NCBI RefSeq assembly: GCF_023055435.1
Contig: NW_025964112.1
Coordinates: 15,562,001-15,626,000, forward strand
Length of the DNA stretch: 64,000 bases
Source: Haliotis rufescens
Lineage: Eukaryota
Direction: 5' to 3'
Position 1 is the first letter of the stretch. Each line of letters starts with the position of its first letter. The notes under the pieces were generated by a model. That model saw only the letters and a program-made list of their open reading frames with translations. It did not search any database and had not been told where the DNA came from. A program made the translations under genes and the position numbers. Below, one piece after another: positions 51,245 through 63,792 of this stretch.

Positions 51245-52329
51245 TGGTGTTGTCTTGTTATGGACTTCCCGCAACGAAAGCATTGCGTAATTTCACATGA
51301 AGATTCTTTCTGTAAAAGAATTGATCAACCATTCAGATGCAGAACAACGACCTCAAACCACGAAGAAAGGATATTCTCACGCTAATGTATATGAGAATGC
51401 CACATTATTCGTTTAAAAACCTAATTTGAAATACTGTTTTGGGCCGGTTAAAGTGTTCGCTCGTTGTGCCAAAAGATAGAGCTGGAATATTGCTTAAAGT
51501 GACATTAATGTCTACTCGCTAAGTGAAATTGTTGGAGTATTTGGAAAATAAAATATGTTTTGTGGATACAAAAACTACATGGCCCGAGTTTCTTCCCAGT
51601 TTTACAATTCATTGAAAAAAAAGGCTTCTCAAGTTTAATGATTTCTGTTACCATGTTAATCAAGTATAGTTTCGTACATGTTGTTATACTAGTCCATTAG
51701 GCATTACAAGATTCTCGAGCCTCACGACGAGACGCTATCCACTACTCTATAGTTGCTTGCTTCACGGCGCCGTTCAGCTCCCAAGCAATGAATTGTCTAC
51801 AGGAAAAGATTTCGTCGGGAATCCACGTGGCCACTGGAGCTTTCACAACCGGAACTTGGCGATATTTTCGTTTCAAAGTAAATTACAAACTAAACCGCCG
51901 CAGCACGCCACGTACATCTTCAGCCATTGGTCTCCACAATAGAACGTACACCGTCGTTGTCGTGGTAGTTTAATGAATGTATTTCATTTGGTATTTATCT
52001 CCCAACTCCGTCCTCTCTTCCAGACTGATAGTCTGGTGATGCGATTCTACCTGTCTATCTATTGTTATAGTGTGCATTAACTCGCAGATGGCAACAACCC
52101 GGAGGTTCTGTATCTCCTCTATTGTTAAATCTCACGGCTCCATTCCCTATTGTAGGGAGAAGATATTGATTTGGATGGCCATTGACAGGTCTACTGTTTG
52201 TGAAAAGTTACTGAGACTTGGCAGGGTATTACTTGAGCAAATACGTATAAAGTGTATTCGAATTGTGAATAATGTTCTTTGACCAACGATATATTGTCTA
52301 AGTGGTCACATGACTATATAGCGACGCTG

Positions 52330-52382
52330 TGTGTGCGTGCGTGTGTGCGTGCGTGCGTGCGTGCGTGCGTGCGTGTGTGTGT
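52330..52382. repeat. (GCGT)n/(GT)n microsatellite
   Basis: Direct reading. Confidence 0.9.
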
Positions 52383-52399
52383 GATTGTACATGTCCGAA

Positions 52400-52615
52400 C
52401 TAATGCCGGTTTTATATCAGATACTCAGATATCATGCCTCAGTTTAACATTGAGACCCCACTCAGACTTCTGGTCTGAATCAACAAATCTTTGTTTTATC
52501 GAGCGCCAGGCAGGATAACAACAAGTACCATCTTTTAACGTCTTATGGCATGACGAGGTCGGGGATCGACCCACCGACCTTCTGCTCGCTAGGCAGACGC
52601 TATATCCACTACAAC
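52400..52615 (-). mobile_element. tRNA-derived SINE with Meta/MESC-type central domain, decayed
   Basis: Minus strand GGGTCGATCCCCGACCTCGTCATGCCATAAGACGTTAAAAGATGGTACTTGTTG..CCTGCCTGGCGCTCG...GTCTGAGTGGGG; homologous to 56830-57040. Domain name is from memory. Confidence 0.7.
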
Positions 52616-52794
52616 AAGGAGGCTGTCCATGTCCTTAAGAATTTGTGAACAGCCCGGTATTTGGTCTTTTCTTGTTGATGGTCATTCTGCTTGTACGGAT
52701 GGTAACTGGTTGTTTTTTGTCACAAACCCGTTCGTAAAATGGTACGTACCGTTGAGACACATTGCATGGTTTCAAGGGGTCATTGGTATGTACA

Positions 52795-53045
52795 TAGGCA
52801 TGGGTGGCCCACCCGTTCAAGGCGGAGCCGTTCGCTGTGAAAAGTTGAGTTCCTTAGGCCTGCCAGAAGCCTATGATCGTTGTGGGTTTGAATTCAAGAT
52901 TCGCCTTCATTATGTTACAAGGTGTATCAGCACCATACCCGTGCTCGTTGGTTTAAACAGGAACTTCTAAGACCTGCACCACGGGCTTTCCTCCATTATG
53001 CCTAGAATACTGTTCAAAGCGGCGTTAAATCCAACTCACCCATTA
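52795..53045 (+). mobile_element. Family C SINE, decayed
   Basis: GGGTGGCCC, TTCGCTGTG, TCAGCACCATACCCGTGCTCGT and GCGGCGTTAAATCCAACTCAC. Similar older copies at ~37110-37335 and ~40365-40600. Confidence 0.75.
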
Positions 53046-54437
53046 GTGTACTGACAGGATCCTCTTCCGATAGATGAAGACGTTAAGATTCAAACCGCTT
53101 CATCTATGGTGATGCGCAAACGCACAACCCAATACGCTAACACCAAACCAAAGCACATGGACCGAGTCATATTTTCAAAAACGGATTCCTTTTTTTTTTT
53201 TCATGAGAACCTCATTACAGATGTGTCCGTGTTCGGCCAATTTCCCCTTTCCGATGTCCAAATCAGTGCCCAAACCATCCCATCTCTGCACCAGCGTTTC
53301 TGGGTCCGCCAGATGACTAACTGACTCGGAGTATGGTAAAAGGCTGTTCTGTTTGTCACTCATAAAATTACCGTCAGTCCTTGCCAATTCTGACTTCAAT
53401 TTCCCTGTTTTTAAAAGTCGTCTGCTTCATACAGCTCCTCCCCGTTAATTAGTCCAACAATTACCGCCTAAACCCTCTTTGTAACCCAAACGACACGGCC
53501 GTCATTACGGGACCAGGCCTTCAATAACGTCGCCCTCGATGGTGAATTAATGGACTCGGGAACTAATTTCTTCCGCGGAGTCGACCAAATAACATGTCAC
53601 GTGACAATGTCAAATCAGAAGGGAGGTTGGAGCTGGGACTGGAAGCGAAGCACGAGTTTTGAGAAATATGAAAGTTGGCAATTGTAATTAGCAAACATTA
53701 ATGCACGGTGGTTAGATAGAAGGGCCTCATCTGTGTGGCGAAGGCTGGTGTTGCTGGGTGTCGTTATTGCGCTATCGAAGTCACTGGTTATGTTATCGAC
53801 AGTGGTATAGACAACGAATCTATCATCTTAGACATCGATGGAAGTTCATTTAAATCATGACCGAATTTGAAAGGCCGTTTTGCTACAATCTTAATTCAAT
53901 CGTACAATTCTCCCTTCTATACATGTATTTAAACTTAAAAGATAGATGAAAAAATCGGTACATGTCTGACGTATTCACTATTTGTTTGTTTTATAAATAC
54001 AAAGTCCTTATCATCATTTTGTCCATGAGAAAATGCATTCCTGGCTTACAAGAGAAGTCCTCGCTTATATGATAGAGAATCAATCAGTTTGAAATAAGTC
54101 TGCATGCAACCTTAAAAACGGGATACTGTGGTATCTCTCTATAGAATTGTCATGTAATGCACATTATACGGGAACATTTTAGGGAGCCTGAAAAATGGAG
54201 GTTGGTACCGATGTTTTTTTATGGTCAGATATCCATATTTTAACTGATTAACCAGTAGTAATGGAAAAAAAAGATACATGTATCCCTTGAATGCCTGAAG
54301 AGTATTACTGCTAAACAGTTCACCTTCATGGAATCGATATACCGATGTAATGATGATGTTTGTAAACAGTGCAACCCCCTTATTGCAGAATCTCTGTTAT
54401 CTGGGCAATAACGTTGGGGAACGTCTAAATACAATTA

Positions 54438-54895
54438 GGGCGGTGGGATAGCAAAGTGGTAAAAGCGTTCGTTCGTCACACTGAAGGCCCGGTTTCGATT
54501 CTGACAACGGTACAAAGCATGCAGCCCATTTCGATCTTAGCGCTAAGACTATTGTAAGCCTATGCTAAAGTATGGGAGTAGTCTGTCTTACAGACCCTGA
54601 TACAAATATATATCAAATACAGCTCATGCAAGTCTATAATGTTTGGCAAGTCTAGATCACTGCGGTATGAAAATGAAGAGAGTCACTGGGCTCCTTTTTA
54701 TTATATTTTTATTAAGATAACTAAACAACTGTTTTTTTATGTACGATATGTTCATTTCAGAGACTAGATTTTAGTCTAGTATGGGAGTTACGATCATCTT
54801 AGCGCTAAGATCGCTTTGTGCAAGTGGGCCCTAGTTTCCACAAAGTGATATTGCATGAATATTTCTAAAAGCGGCGTAAAACCATGCTCACTCAC
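54438..54895 (+). mobile_element. Nested cluster: family B SINE > family E MITE > family G element
   Basis: B head 54438-54532, E 54533-54832, G 54579-54778 flanked by duplicated AGTATGGGAGT, B tail 54835-54895. Confidence 0.8.
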
Positions 54896-54931
54896 AGTAT
54901 TACTCTCATACCTACCACTTCCGATTCCTTT

Positions 54932-55165
54932 CGTAAATACGGGTTAGAATAGGTCTTCAGCAACCCATGCTTGTCGTAAGAGGCGACTAACGGGATAGGG
55001 TGGTCAGGCTCGCTGATTTGGTTGATGCATGTCATCTTATCCCAATTGCGTAGATCGATGCGCATGATGTCATTCACTGGATTGTTTGGTCCAGACTCGA
55101 TTATTTACAGACCGCCGTCATACAGCTGGAGTATTGGCGAGTGCGGCGTTAAACAACAAACAAAC
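54932..55165 (+). mobile_element. Family A copy, single-module subfamily
   Basis: CGGGTTAGAATAGGTCTTCAGCAACCCATGCTTGTCGTAAGAGGCGACTAACGGGA...GGCGTTAAACAACAAAC. Confidence 0.92.
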
Positions 55166-55607
55166 CTCTCATTATTTTTCTTAATGCGGGCGTCTTTTAG
55201 CGCTGTATGATATGATATAAAGCTCGAACTTAAGATCCTTTCAGGACTTAACCCCAAATCATTCTCCAAAGACTGGTAAATGTTAATGTCTTTATGGCTT
55301 GTCAAATACATTTACCTATTTCCTCAAAATCACCAACAGAGCAATTCAGGACAAGTGGCCATTTACAACACATGCAATCGGAACATTAATTACAAAGCCT
55401 ACAAGGACACCTTAATTGTATACACCAATTCCACCAGGCAGCCTCTTTGAAATTTAGTTAACAATGTTACACTAGAGTTTCTGCGATAACTTATTGTTGG
55501 AGGGTTTTATTTGAATGCCTCAACACCTGTTCCATGGTGTCTTGGCCACGCACCATCTTGTTAGCACAACGTTCCAACGTGTTCATTGCTTACATACTGA
55601 CAGCAAG

Positions 55608-55622
55608 GCCGACAGGTGGCGT
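55608..55622 (+). promoter_or_regulatory. CTCF-like motif
   Basis: GCCGACAGGTGGCGT vs consensus CCASYAGRKGGCRS. Confidence 0.3.
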
Positions 55623-55949
55623 TGCCACCGCTCGTGCCTGTCCGTCACTTTGACGGGCCGCCGTAAATGTACGAAATAACCCGAGAGTGTTGATTTACGA
55701 GAATTGCTGTAGTGTTCGTCGTTTGCCTCTCCTGCTGAGTGACAGGGTACAGTTATGAATGAGTTAATCTCCCGATCGTTATGCGGCGGTGTAATGTATG
55801 TAAACACCGCGGACAAAGATTTATGACATTTTGACGATTACCCACACGTGATTTGACGAGTTAACGAAGTATACCGAGTAGTACGGAACACATTTTTGTC
55901 AACGAGGGAAGTTACAGCCAGTCAGGTGGGTAGTTATAGAGCCTTTTGG

Positions 55950-56122
55950 GGATTCCCGGTTGGAACTGATCCCCTGCAACCTGTGCTTGTCGACTTTGTG
56001 GATTATCGTATCCTACCTCGACGACATGGGACACTGTTCGTGATATCAATCACTTGTCTGATCCAGACTCCACTAAGTACAGGTCTCAAGCTGGAATATT
56101 GCTGAGTGCGGCGTTAAACAAC
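55950..56122 (+). mobile_element. Family A relic
   Basis: Intact 3' end GCTGGAATATTGCTGAGTGCGGCGTTAAACAAC; decayed upstream motifs. Confidence 0.65.
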
Positions 56123-56829
56123 ATTTATTGAATCTGTTCCAAAGTCACCGTGCAGCAATTGCTCCAATTGTTGAATGGAAATTGAAATTTCAGCATATGA
56201 GTCTCATCATTGCGAAACCCGAAGACATTTACATTTTGTGAAACGACATCCTCGATTATCTAGGGTATATTATCTCCATTCTGTTTTAAGTACCCTGGTC
56301 CTTTTGACCACACTTATTCGTTTTGAGTTCGATTCATTTTTACAGATGCTTAACCAGTTGTCCGATTATTTCAAACTGTCCGAGAGTATTCAGTGGGATG
56401 CAACTGATACGAGAGATGGATGCTGTGCCGCCAGCTCCTTCATGAACCACTGGTAGCAAATAGGTCCGGGGCATTTATCCCATTAGAACTGAAATATAAT
56501 GCATTGATGATCCAGAATGTTAAAACCCATGGGCTGCTGCATACAGTCCAGGGATCATTATAGGGAATGATCATGGATTCGAACCCAGGATCATTCGATC
56601 CTGACGTTACAGTATACCGGCTTGCGCCACCACTGGGCAATCGACAGGAAACGTCTCAAGAAAGACTGGTCAACATCCATTAAGAAGCCACTTAATTTTC
56701 AATGGTCTCGTAGTATACCGACTCAGGCTCAATGAATTCCTCATAACAAGGCCGTTTCCGTGAATCAATAACATTCCAGGACAAGCTTTGTCAAGCATTC
56801 ACTGGCACGCATTAAAGGTAGCCATCAGA

Positions 56830-57040
56830 TGCTTGTACAAAGCTCTGAGACACCATACCGTAGTTTAATATGAATACCCCACTCAGACACATTATGCTGA
56901 CTCCGAACCGGCCAGTCCTTGTTTTGTACCCTTATTGCCGAGCGCCAGGCAGGGTAACAACGAGTACCAACGTCTTGGTATGACGCGGCCGGGAATCGAA
57001 CGACCGACACTCCGCCCGGGAATCGAACCACTGACACCGT
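56830..57040 (-). mobile_element. Meta/MESC-domain SINE with duplicated B box
   Basis: Minus strand GTTCGATTCCCGGCCGCGTCATACCAAGACG..GGTACT...CCCTGCCTGGCGCTCGGCA...GACTGG...TCAGCATAATGTGTCTGAGTGG. Confidence 0.75.
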
Positions 57041-57309
57041 TAGATTCCAGTTAAAGTTTCTTGCAGGCATCTCGAGGGTCAACCGACCAAAATGTGAAAA
57101 CAGTACACGTCTCATCTCGACAAATTGGATAGTAGAGTGGTTAATGCGTTTATTTGTCACACTAGGGTTCCTGGTTCGATTCCCAATATTCCCAGTTTCT
57201 AAGGCCTTGTAATAATGTCCTAAACGACCTTAAATATGTTTTCCCGCCCCATCTTTCACATTACCAGTCATCATGCCAATTTCGACATTTGCAAATATTA
57301 CAGTCACTA

Positions 57310-57486
57310 CAGTAAAGTACGGTTTTAACGAACTCAAGGGGACTACTAATTATAGTTCGTTATAACCGTAGTTCGCTTTAAGGATATATACAGCATAACT
57401 ACAGCAAATAGTCGGGACCAAAAAAAGTAAGTTCGTTATATCCGTCAGTTCGTTATAAGCGTGTTCGTTATAACCGTAGTTTACTG
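57310..57486. mobile_element. Family F MITE
   Basis: TA-flanked, near-identical to 44296-44471. Confidence 0.9.
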
Positions 57487-59039
57487 TATTTGTAAAAATG
57501 GTAAAAAATGAACAGGCCTGAACTGTGGTAACCGTTATTTATCGTGTTTATATACACGGTTCACTTCAAGGACATTGTGAATTAAAGTACAGGTAGTTCA
57601 TTGTTCATGGAAACGAAGGTAGGACTGGAGTAGTGTGCTGCCTCATCAGCTCAAGTGGGATGTCTTCACGCAACGTTGGATCTGAGTTCTCTGCGACGGA
57701 TACCAATCAATGTTCCTGCTGAAGCAGCCCCAGTTACATCTACCTGAGCACATCACACTGCTATGGATAAGGTGCGTTCTGACGTCAAGTGTCTTGACGA
57801 GGACCCAGATCGAACAGCTCAATATAGAATGACCTTCACGACCTTATATCAGCGTTAAGGGTCATATTAGTTGATCAGCTTGCTTGCAGATCTCGCGATT
57901 AATCCTCCATTGCACAGCCTCGTAAGTCCATTACATTGCCTTTGAATTTGGCAAATATTAAAATACAAGAAATGGCGTAATTGTGATGTAATATGGCCGA
58001 TATTAAAATCTTCAATATTGAAGAAGCCCTATAAGAGAGCATCGGGCTGTGATCACCTTAACCTTACGTTGTTTGCGGGCTTGATAATGTGCTTGTGAGG
58101 ACGGGCCCGTGATCTCGGGACCAGAGTAGCATTCTTAGAAGCACCGTGTCCTTCCTCCCTCCAGCTTTACAGTCCCGTGATCCAAGTTAGGCACGAGATC
58201 AGGAGCTCTTTCCTCGTGGACGTAATCAATATATGCAGGTAAGAGTTGTCGAAGCGCAAAATCACTTTTGTGGCTTTCTTGGGTTGTTCTATATTACTGC
58301 TGGAGTATTAACGTTAGGATGAGGGAGGAGAACGGTGCCTCTGGCAGCGACATTATCAAGCAGAAAACTACTAATGAAGGCCTATATTGATTTCACTTAG
58401 GCCCCCGTAATGCCTTATCCAGTTAGCTGGTGAGAATACCTTAGGGGGGTAAGGGGAAGGGGACATGGGAAGACTCCATCAGCCAATCAGATTTCGTCTT
58501 GATTCCTGTGCGCTCAGAGGCGCTAGGGGCACTGTCAACTTCCATCGATATTGCAGATAATCTTCTCTTCTGTCTTAGAGTTTGGGAGGTTTACTATAGA
58601 GCAAGCTGGATTCTCTGAACATGCTATGTACATGATGCTATTTAATTCCGGTATGTGATTCAATGCTGTCCAATACAAATAAAACATTTGTAAGGTTCAT
58701 TTCAATCTTCTATCCGATAACGTCACCCATTTAATGACATTTTGGATTGAAATGAAATTGGATTTAGAATGAAAAGATAGTTTGACGTCTTTCGAAATGT
58801 CGACAATTCCTTTTAATATTTTATAACAAGAATGGGGTGAACGAATACATCATATCTTTACGACATCGCGGGGAATATTTGTGTACGCTTCTGAAGCTGA
58901 TAAAGTAATCGGTAAATGTAATTACCTATCTGTCAGTCATTGAAAGGGCCTCGTTGCTTGATATTTCATATCAATTAGCTTCACTAAAGGCCATGAACGT
59001 CGACAGTATGCCACCGCTCCTGCTATCTTGGATGTTTTG

Positions 59040-59098
<59 letters not shown>

Positions 59099-59490
59099 TT
59101 TCTGTTTCTTTTCTCCAGTTTCGTGGTACAGTGGTACAATGTCTTGTCATCTCTCTGCCCCCCCTCTCTCTTTTTCTCGTTCTCTCTCTCGCGCGCGCTC
59201 TCTCTCTCACTCTCTCCTTTTCTGTTTTTTTTCTCAAGTTTCGTGGCACTGGTACGTCTTGTCATCTCTCTCTCTCTCTCTCGCGCGCGCTCTCTCTCTT
59301 TCCTTTTCTGTTTCTTTTCTCCAGTTTCGTGGTACAGTGGTACAACGTCTTGTCATCTCTCTGCCTCCCCCCTCTCTCTCTCTTGTTCTCTCTCTCGCGC
59401 GCTCTCTCTCTCTCTCTCTCTCCTTTTCTGTTTCTTTTCTCAAGTTTCGTGGTACAGTGGTACAACGTCTTGTCATCTCTCTGCCTCTCA
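59040..59490. repeat. Compound tandem repeat: four ~85-120-bp units with (CT)n tracts
   Basis: Core CCTTTTCTGTTTCTTTTCTC(C/A)AGTTTCGTGGTACAGTGGTACAACGTCTTGTCATCTCTCT at ~59096, 59216, 59302 and 59422; explains the long low-complexity ORFs. Confidence 0.92.
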
Positions 59491-62479
59491 TTTTATTCCT
59501 CCTCTCCTTGTCTCACCTTTATTCTTATCACCTCTCCTTTTAGCCTTCTTTCTCACCTCCTTCTTAGTCCTTTCCCTCCACACTAACGTTCCTTCTCAGG
59601 CTCGGCTCGTCTACATGTGTTGCAGCCGAGCATGCTGTTTGTTCCCGTCATCACTGCCTGTACCTAAGGCGGTTGTGATGGTTTTTAATGTGCGACCAGC
59701 ATTGGATGTCGCGGACAGTTATCTTCTAGATCTTTAATCTATGCAACCATTCCCATCACGCTAGACAATATCGACTTTATAGATTAATTTATCGAAATGA
59801 AATCATAAACCCATTCCAGACGGCATGAGTTTAGTCCAATGTGTGGGAATATTTCATTCTAAGCAGCATTTCTGTGAACAGAGGCAGATGGTCTGAAACC
59901 GTAGCTTCCCGCTTGAACGATGGGGGTACTCAAGAAAGTATTACTGATCTCAATAATGTACAAATAAATGTTCCATCAATATCAGGTCGTTGATGTAAAA
60001 TCCACACCATAACGTTATTTCACGTGAGTCGTGATAAGAAATAACCTTGACCTTTGACGTTCTGTGATGAAAATAACCGATGTCCTTGACCTTCTTTGTT
60101 GCAAAGTAACTAGTCCCCATCCCAACATGTCAATGACAACATGGCGTTGATCATTAATCTGCATCCCAAATTATAGACCACCAATCGGTCGTCCTTTAGG
60201 CAAGTCGTCATTTGAAATTCATCTGTAATTTTACAAGGTATGAATAAGGTTATCATGGCTGATTGGACAGAAGGCAATCGTGGTCAGATTTGTTCTTCAT
60301 TACGCAAGTCTCTCATCCCCCTCCCCCTTCCTCATCACCACCCCGCTCCTCATCCTCTCATCCTTCCCCGAACCTCTCCCCTCGTACGCGTAATAGTATG
60401 CGTCAGCTCTCCTTTAGCTCGACGAAGGCTATTCCCTCCATTACATCCAACAAGCAATGCCTAGAAGTTTTGTTTCGGCCAAAAAAATACGGGTCTGAGA
60501 TTTGGCAGATGGCGCTGCGAACAGAAGCGGAGGAAGAGACCGACTGAGTTACACAAGTTCCGCACTAATTAACCCCCAGCTCCGACAAATAACGCCGAAC
60601 GGCGATTTGCTCTTCCCACATGTCTTCGGGAGAGAATCACCACGGGGGGTATATTTCACGTGAAAGGGGGGATATCTCTCGACCAATCAGATGTCCGAAG
60701 TTTTCAGGCAGTGAAATGGACCCGAACTAAGCCATTCCGACTGCCTATGAGAAAGCTTGCTGCCTATAGCTCCGCTAATGTAGTCCTGGAAGCGTAATTT
60801 CAGGAATTAGACCTGATTATGTGGTATTAGTTCGATTAGGAGCTTGAGAATTCACTTGTACGTAGCCCCGTCCTGTGAATGGCAAGGCGGCCCATCAAGC
60901 TGCCTCGGTGGATCTTTACAAAGCAGCGTTCATGGGCGGGTGGAGTGCGCCTTCTCCCCACCATTGTGTCGTACTGGGTCAGAGAGTAGGGCAGAGCCTG
61001 CTCTCTGGTGATAATTTTGCCACCAATTTATGTTGTCATCAGAATGCGTTAACCATGGACTTACGCATGACGATAATAGACATGTGTGGTGTCTTTCAGC
61101 TCTTATGTCAAGACTGAAATTTTGCGTAGGCTTAAGACGTGCATTTTTTTAGTGTCGCAAATGGATGCTGTACTATGTTGACGGGATCATCAATAGATAT
61201 CTGTACCTTTCTTCAAGTGATTTTTTTTTATTTAGTCTTGTGAAATTGTGATTGTCGGTAAATAGAGACAAGATTTTGTGTTGTGACATTAATTTACAAG
61301 GTTGGACATTGCGTGCCTGTATATTATTTGGGCAATGGGTTTTCGGATATCGTGTTGAATCAAACCCTCAAACGCAGCACGTTTGCGATAATGTCACGCC
61401 TGACCTATATATATATATATAAAAAATATGCCCCATATGACACGTTTTGATAGCCCGTGGAGCGTGGCGCTTTAAATCCCTGCCAATTTGACTCAATCAG
61501 TATGTACTTTGCCTGAGGCAGTAGCGGCTCTAATAAGACTCCTGTTACTCGTGTTCGTTCCTCCCGCTCCCATTTGTTCGCAAATCCCCTCACCCCCCTC
61601 ACATGCGACCCCCCTCCTCGACCCCCTAGAACCATGACGTCTTAGGTGAAGCAGTCCTCCTACCCAACCAGGTCCAACGTGACCGACGTAAGTGTAGGCT
61701 AACGGCGTGTCAAGAGGCGCAAGGATAGAACACTACATTAATCGGCGTGATGCCCACCCCATTACCTGGCCTCCACCCCACCCAACCATGCTCCCACCCC
61801 CGTCACCCGCTGGGGTATGTTCATGAGGGTATACTCGCTGTCTTCCACAGTTTCTAATGTGAACCCCAGCGTGAGGTTGCAATCACAGCGTTCGTGAGGG
61901 AACGTCCTCATTTCCGCCCCCCCCCCCCCCCCCCCCCCAACTAACCCCAACTCTCCCCTCTGTGCATGTCAGCCCGGGGGTGCATCGTGATCACGCGGCA
62001 GACTGATACAGTTAGAGCAGTCTCGTCAATGATTCAACCGTGCATGCGTGCGCTTTCACGTGGATGTCGCGCGCACATGGGCCCACACGCATGAGTAATA
62101 CGGGTTAGTGGCGTTTGGACGAAACACGGGGGCAATCACCCCATAATGAGGGGGGAGGGGGGTGTCATTTCCCTCTTTTTCCCCCTCCCTTCCTGTTCTG
62201 GTTTCTTCATGTCCTAGAGATTTGCTCTAACCAAACAATTTGGCTAGTTTTTTCAAAGCTATGTCCCTGGATTCATTTCAGTGGATTTTTCGATCTGCTG
62301 TTTATTTGATAGATTGTACGTGTCAATTAATCATTTTGTTTTGCAGAAAATATTTTGGTAATAGTTTTCTTCTTGGAATAGATGTCGTCTTATATTGACG
62401 TCGTAGCCATGTCGGAGATCGCACAGTGCGTGGCCGTAGGACTTTGCTAAGAATAACCTCACAGTATATAAGCTGACGC

Positions 62480-63102
62480 GTGACCATTGTCCGCCATCAT
62501 TGGACGTGTCCTCTCGACTTTGCACACTGAACGTGACCATTGATTGTCGTTATCGTTGTCTCAGATTCATAGGAAATGACTGGTGGACGTCACAGCTGAT
62601 CGTTGCTTTAGGACATGACCTTTGAACGCTGTCTTAGGACGTGGCCATTGATAACAGTTCACTATTGGAATGAATAAATGTGATAAGCAATGATGCATCT
62701 GTGTTTGATTTGACCATTCGGACCGATAGTCTGGACCATTATTTACAGAATGCCGTCATATAACTGGAGTATTGCTGAGTGTTAAACAACAAACAAACAA
62801 ACTAACAAACAATTCGGAGCTGTTTTAGACAGCCCTGACTACATACATGGGGTTCTGGCGACCTATTTTTCCCAGAATGCCAACCTTTGGACGACCTTGT
62901 AGGACATGACAATTAACCCGATTATTGACAATAGGATATGACTACTGGACGTGACCCTTGACCCTGACTCTAGCATATGATTACTTGACGTGACGTCACC
63001 ACGGGATTACTGGTCCATAGGACGTCGCAACAGCACGTGACCATTAATCGTGGCTCCAGGACCTAACCACTGAAGGCCGCCACCACAGGACAAGGCCACT
63101 GT
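62480..63102. repeat. Degenerate ~26-bp tandem repeat with core AGGACGTGACCATTGA, split by a family A 3' fragment (~62725-62812)
   Basis: Cores at e.g. 62478, 62529, 62610, 62636, 62901, 62947, 63032, 63058 and 63087; 26-bp spacing is preserved between some neighbours. Confidence 0.6.
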
Positions 63103-63169
63103 AATTATTACGTCTCATTTCTAATTAAACACGTTGATATTAGTTTGTCTCTGGTTCTGCAAATGAAAC

Positions 63170-63285
63170 CTGGGCCCACTTGCACAAAGTGATTTTAGCG
63201 CTAAGATGATCGTAACTCCCATACTTTAACATAGACTTACAAAAGTCGTAGCGCAAAGATCGCGTGACACCAAAGTGCGCCCTGG
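63170..63285. mobile_element. Family E MITE
   Basis: CTG|GGCCCACTTGCACAAAG...CCCATACTTTAACATAG...GCCCTGG. Confidence 0.8.
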
Positions 63286-63512
63286 TCGTTAGGCCTAGCC
63301 TAAGTCTAATATCAGTCACGTGCCAGTCAGGTCTATCATTTAAACCTGCACGTTCCAATTTCTTTACACATTCAACCTTCACTGCCCGTCTCTGGAAGCG
63401 GCCTTGCGGTTTTTTTATTTTCTTCAAACGCCAAACTGAATTCAAATCAATGTTCTCGGTTCGATTGGAAGGAGTATGTTTCAAACGTTAAAATGTAGAT
63501 GTAGATTTGTTT

Positions 63513-63792
63513 AGTGAGTGAGTGAGTTGGGTTTAACGCCGCTTTTAACAGTATTCCAGTTATATCGCGGCGTGTCAGCTTAATGTGGGAGGAAAGCCCG
63601 AAGTGATGCATGTCTCAGACGTTTACCACTTCGGGGAAACCCACGAGCACGGGTATAGTGCTGACAAACCTAGAAACATAATCGGGGCGAACCGGGATTC
63701 GAACCCACAATCATAGGTTTCTGGCGTGTCCAAGGGACGCAACTCTGCACAGCGAATCGCGGCGCTTTAGACGACTGGGCCACCCGTGCCCC
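63513..63792 (-). mobile_element. Family C SINE, near consensus
   Basis: Reverse complement of 50971-51244 with few differences; imperfect TSD AGAT(T/C)T(G/T)TTTAG. Confidence 0.93.

Noticed and set aside
58954-59737. Longest ORFs in the track (171-210 aa)
   Set aside because: They are translations of (CT)n/(GA)n compound repeats that stay open in most frames.
28022-63792. tRNA genes at GGTTCGAATCCC / GGTTCGATTCCC motifs
   Set aside because: All are SINE heads followed by body, microsatellite tail and TSDs; none forms a proper cloverleaf.
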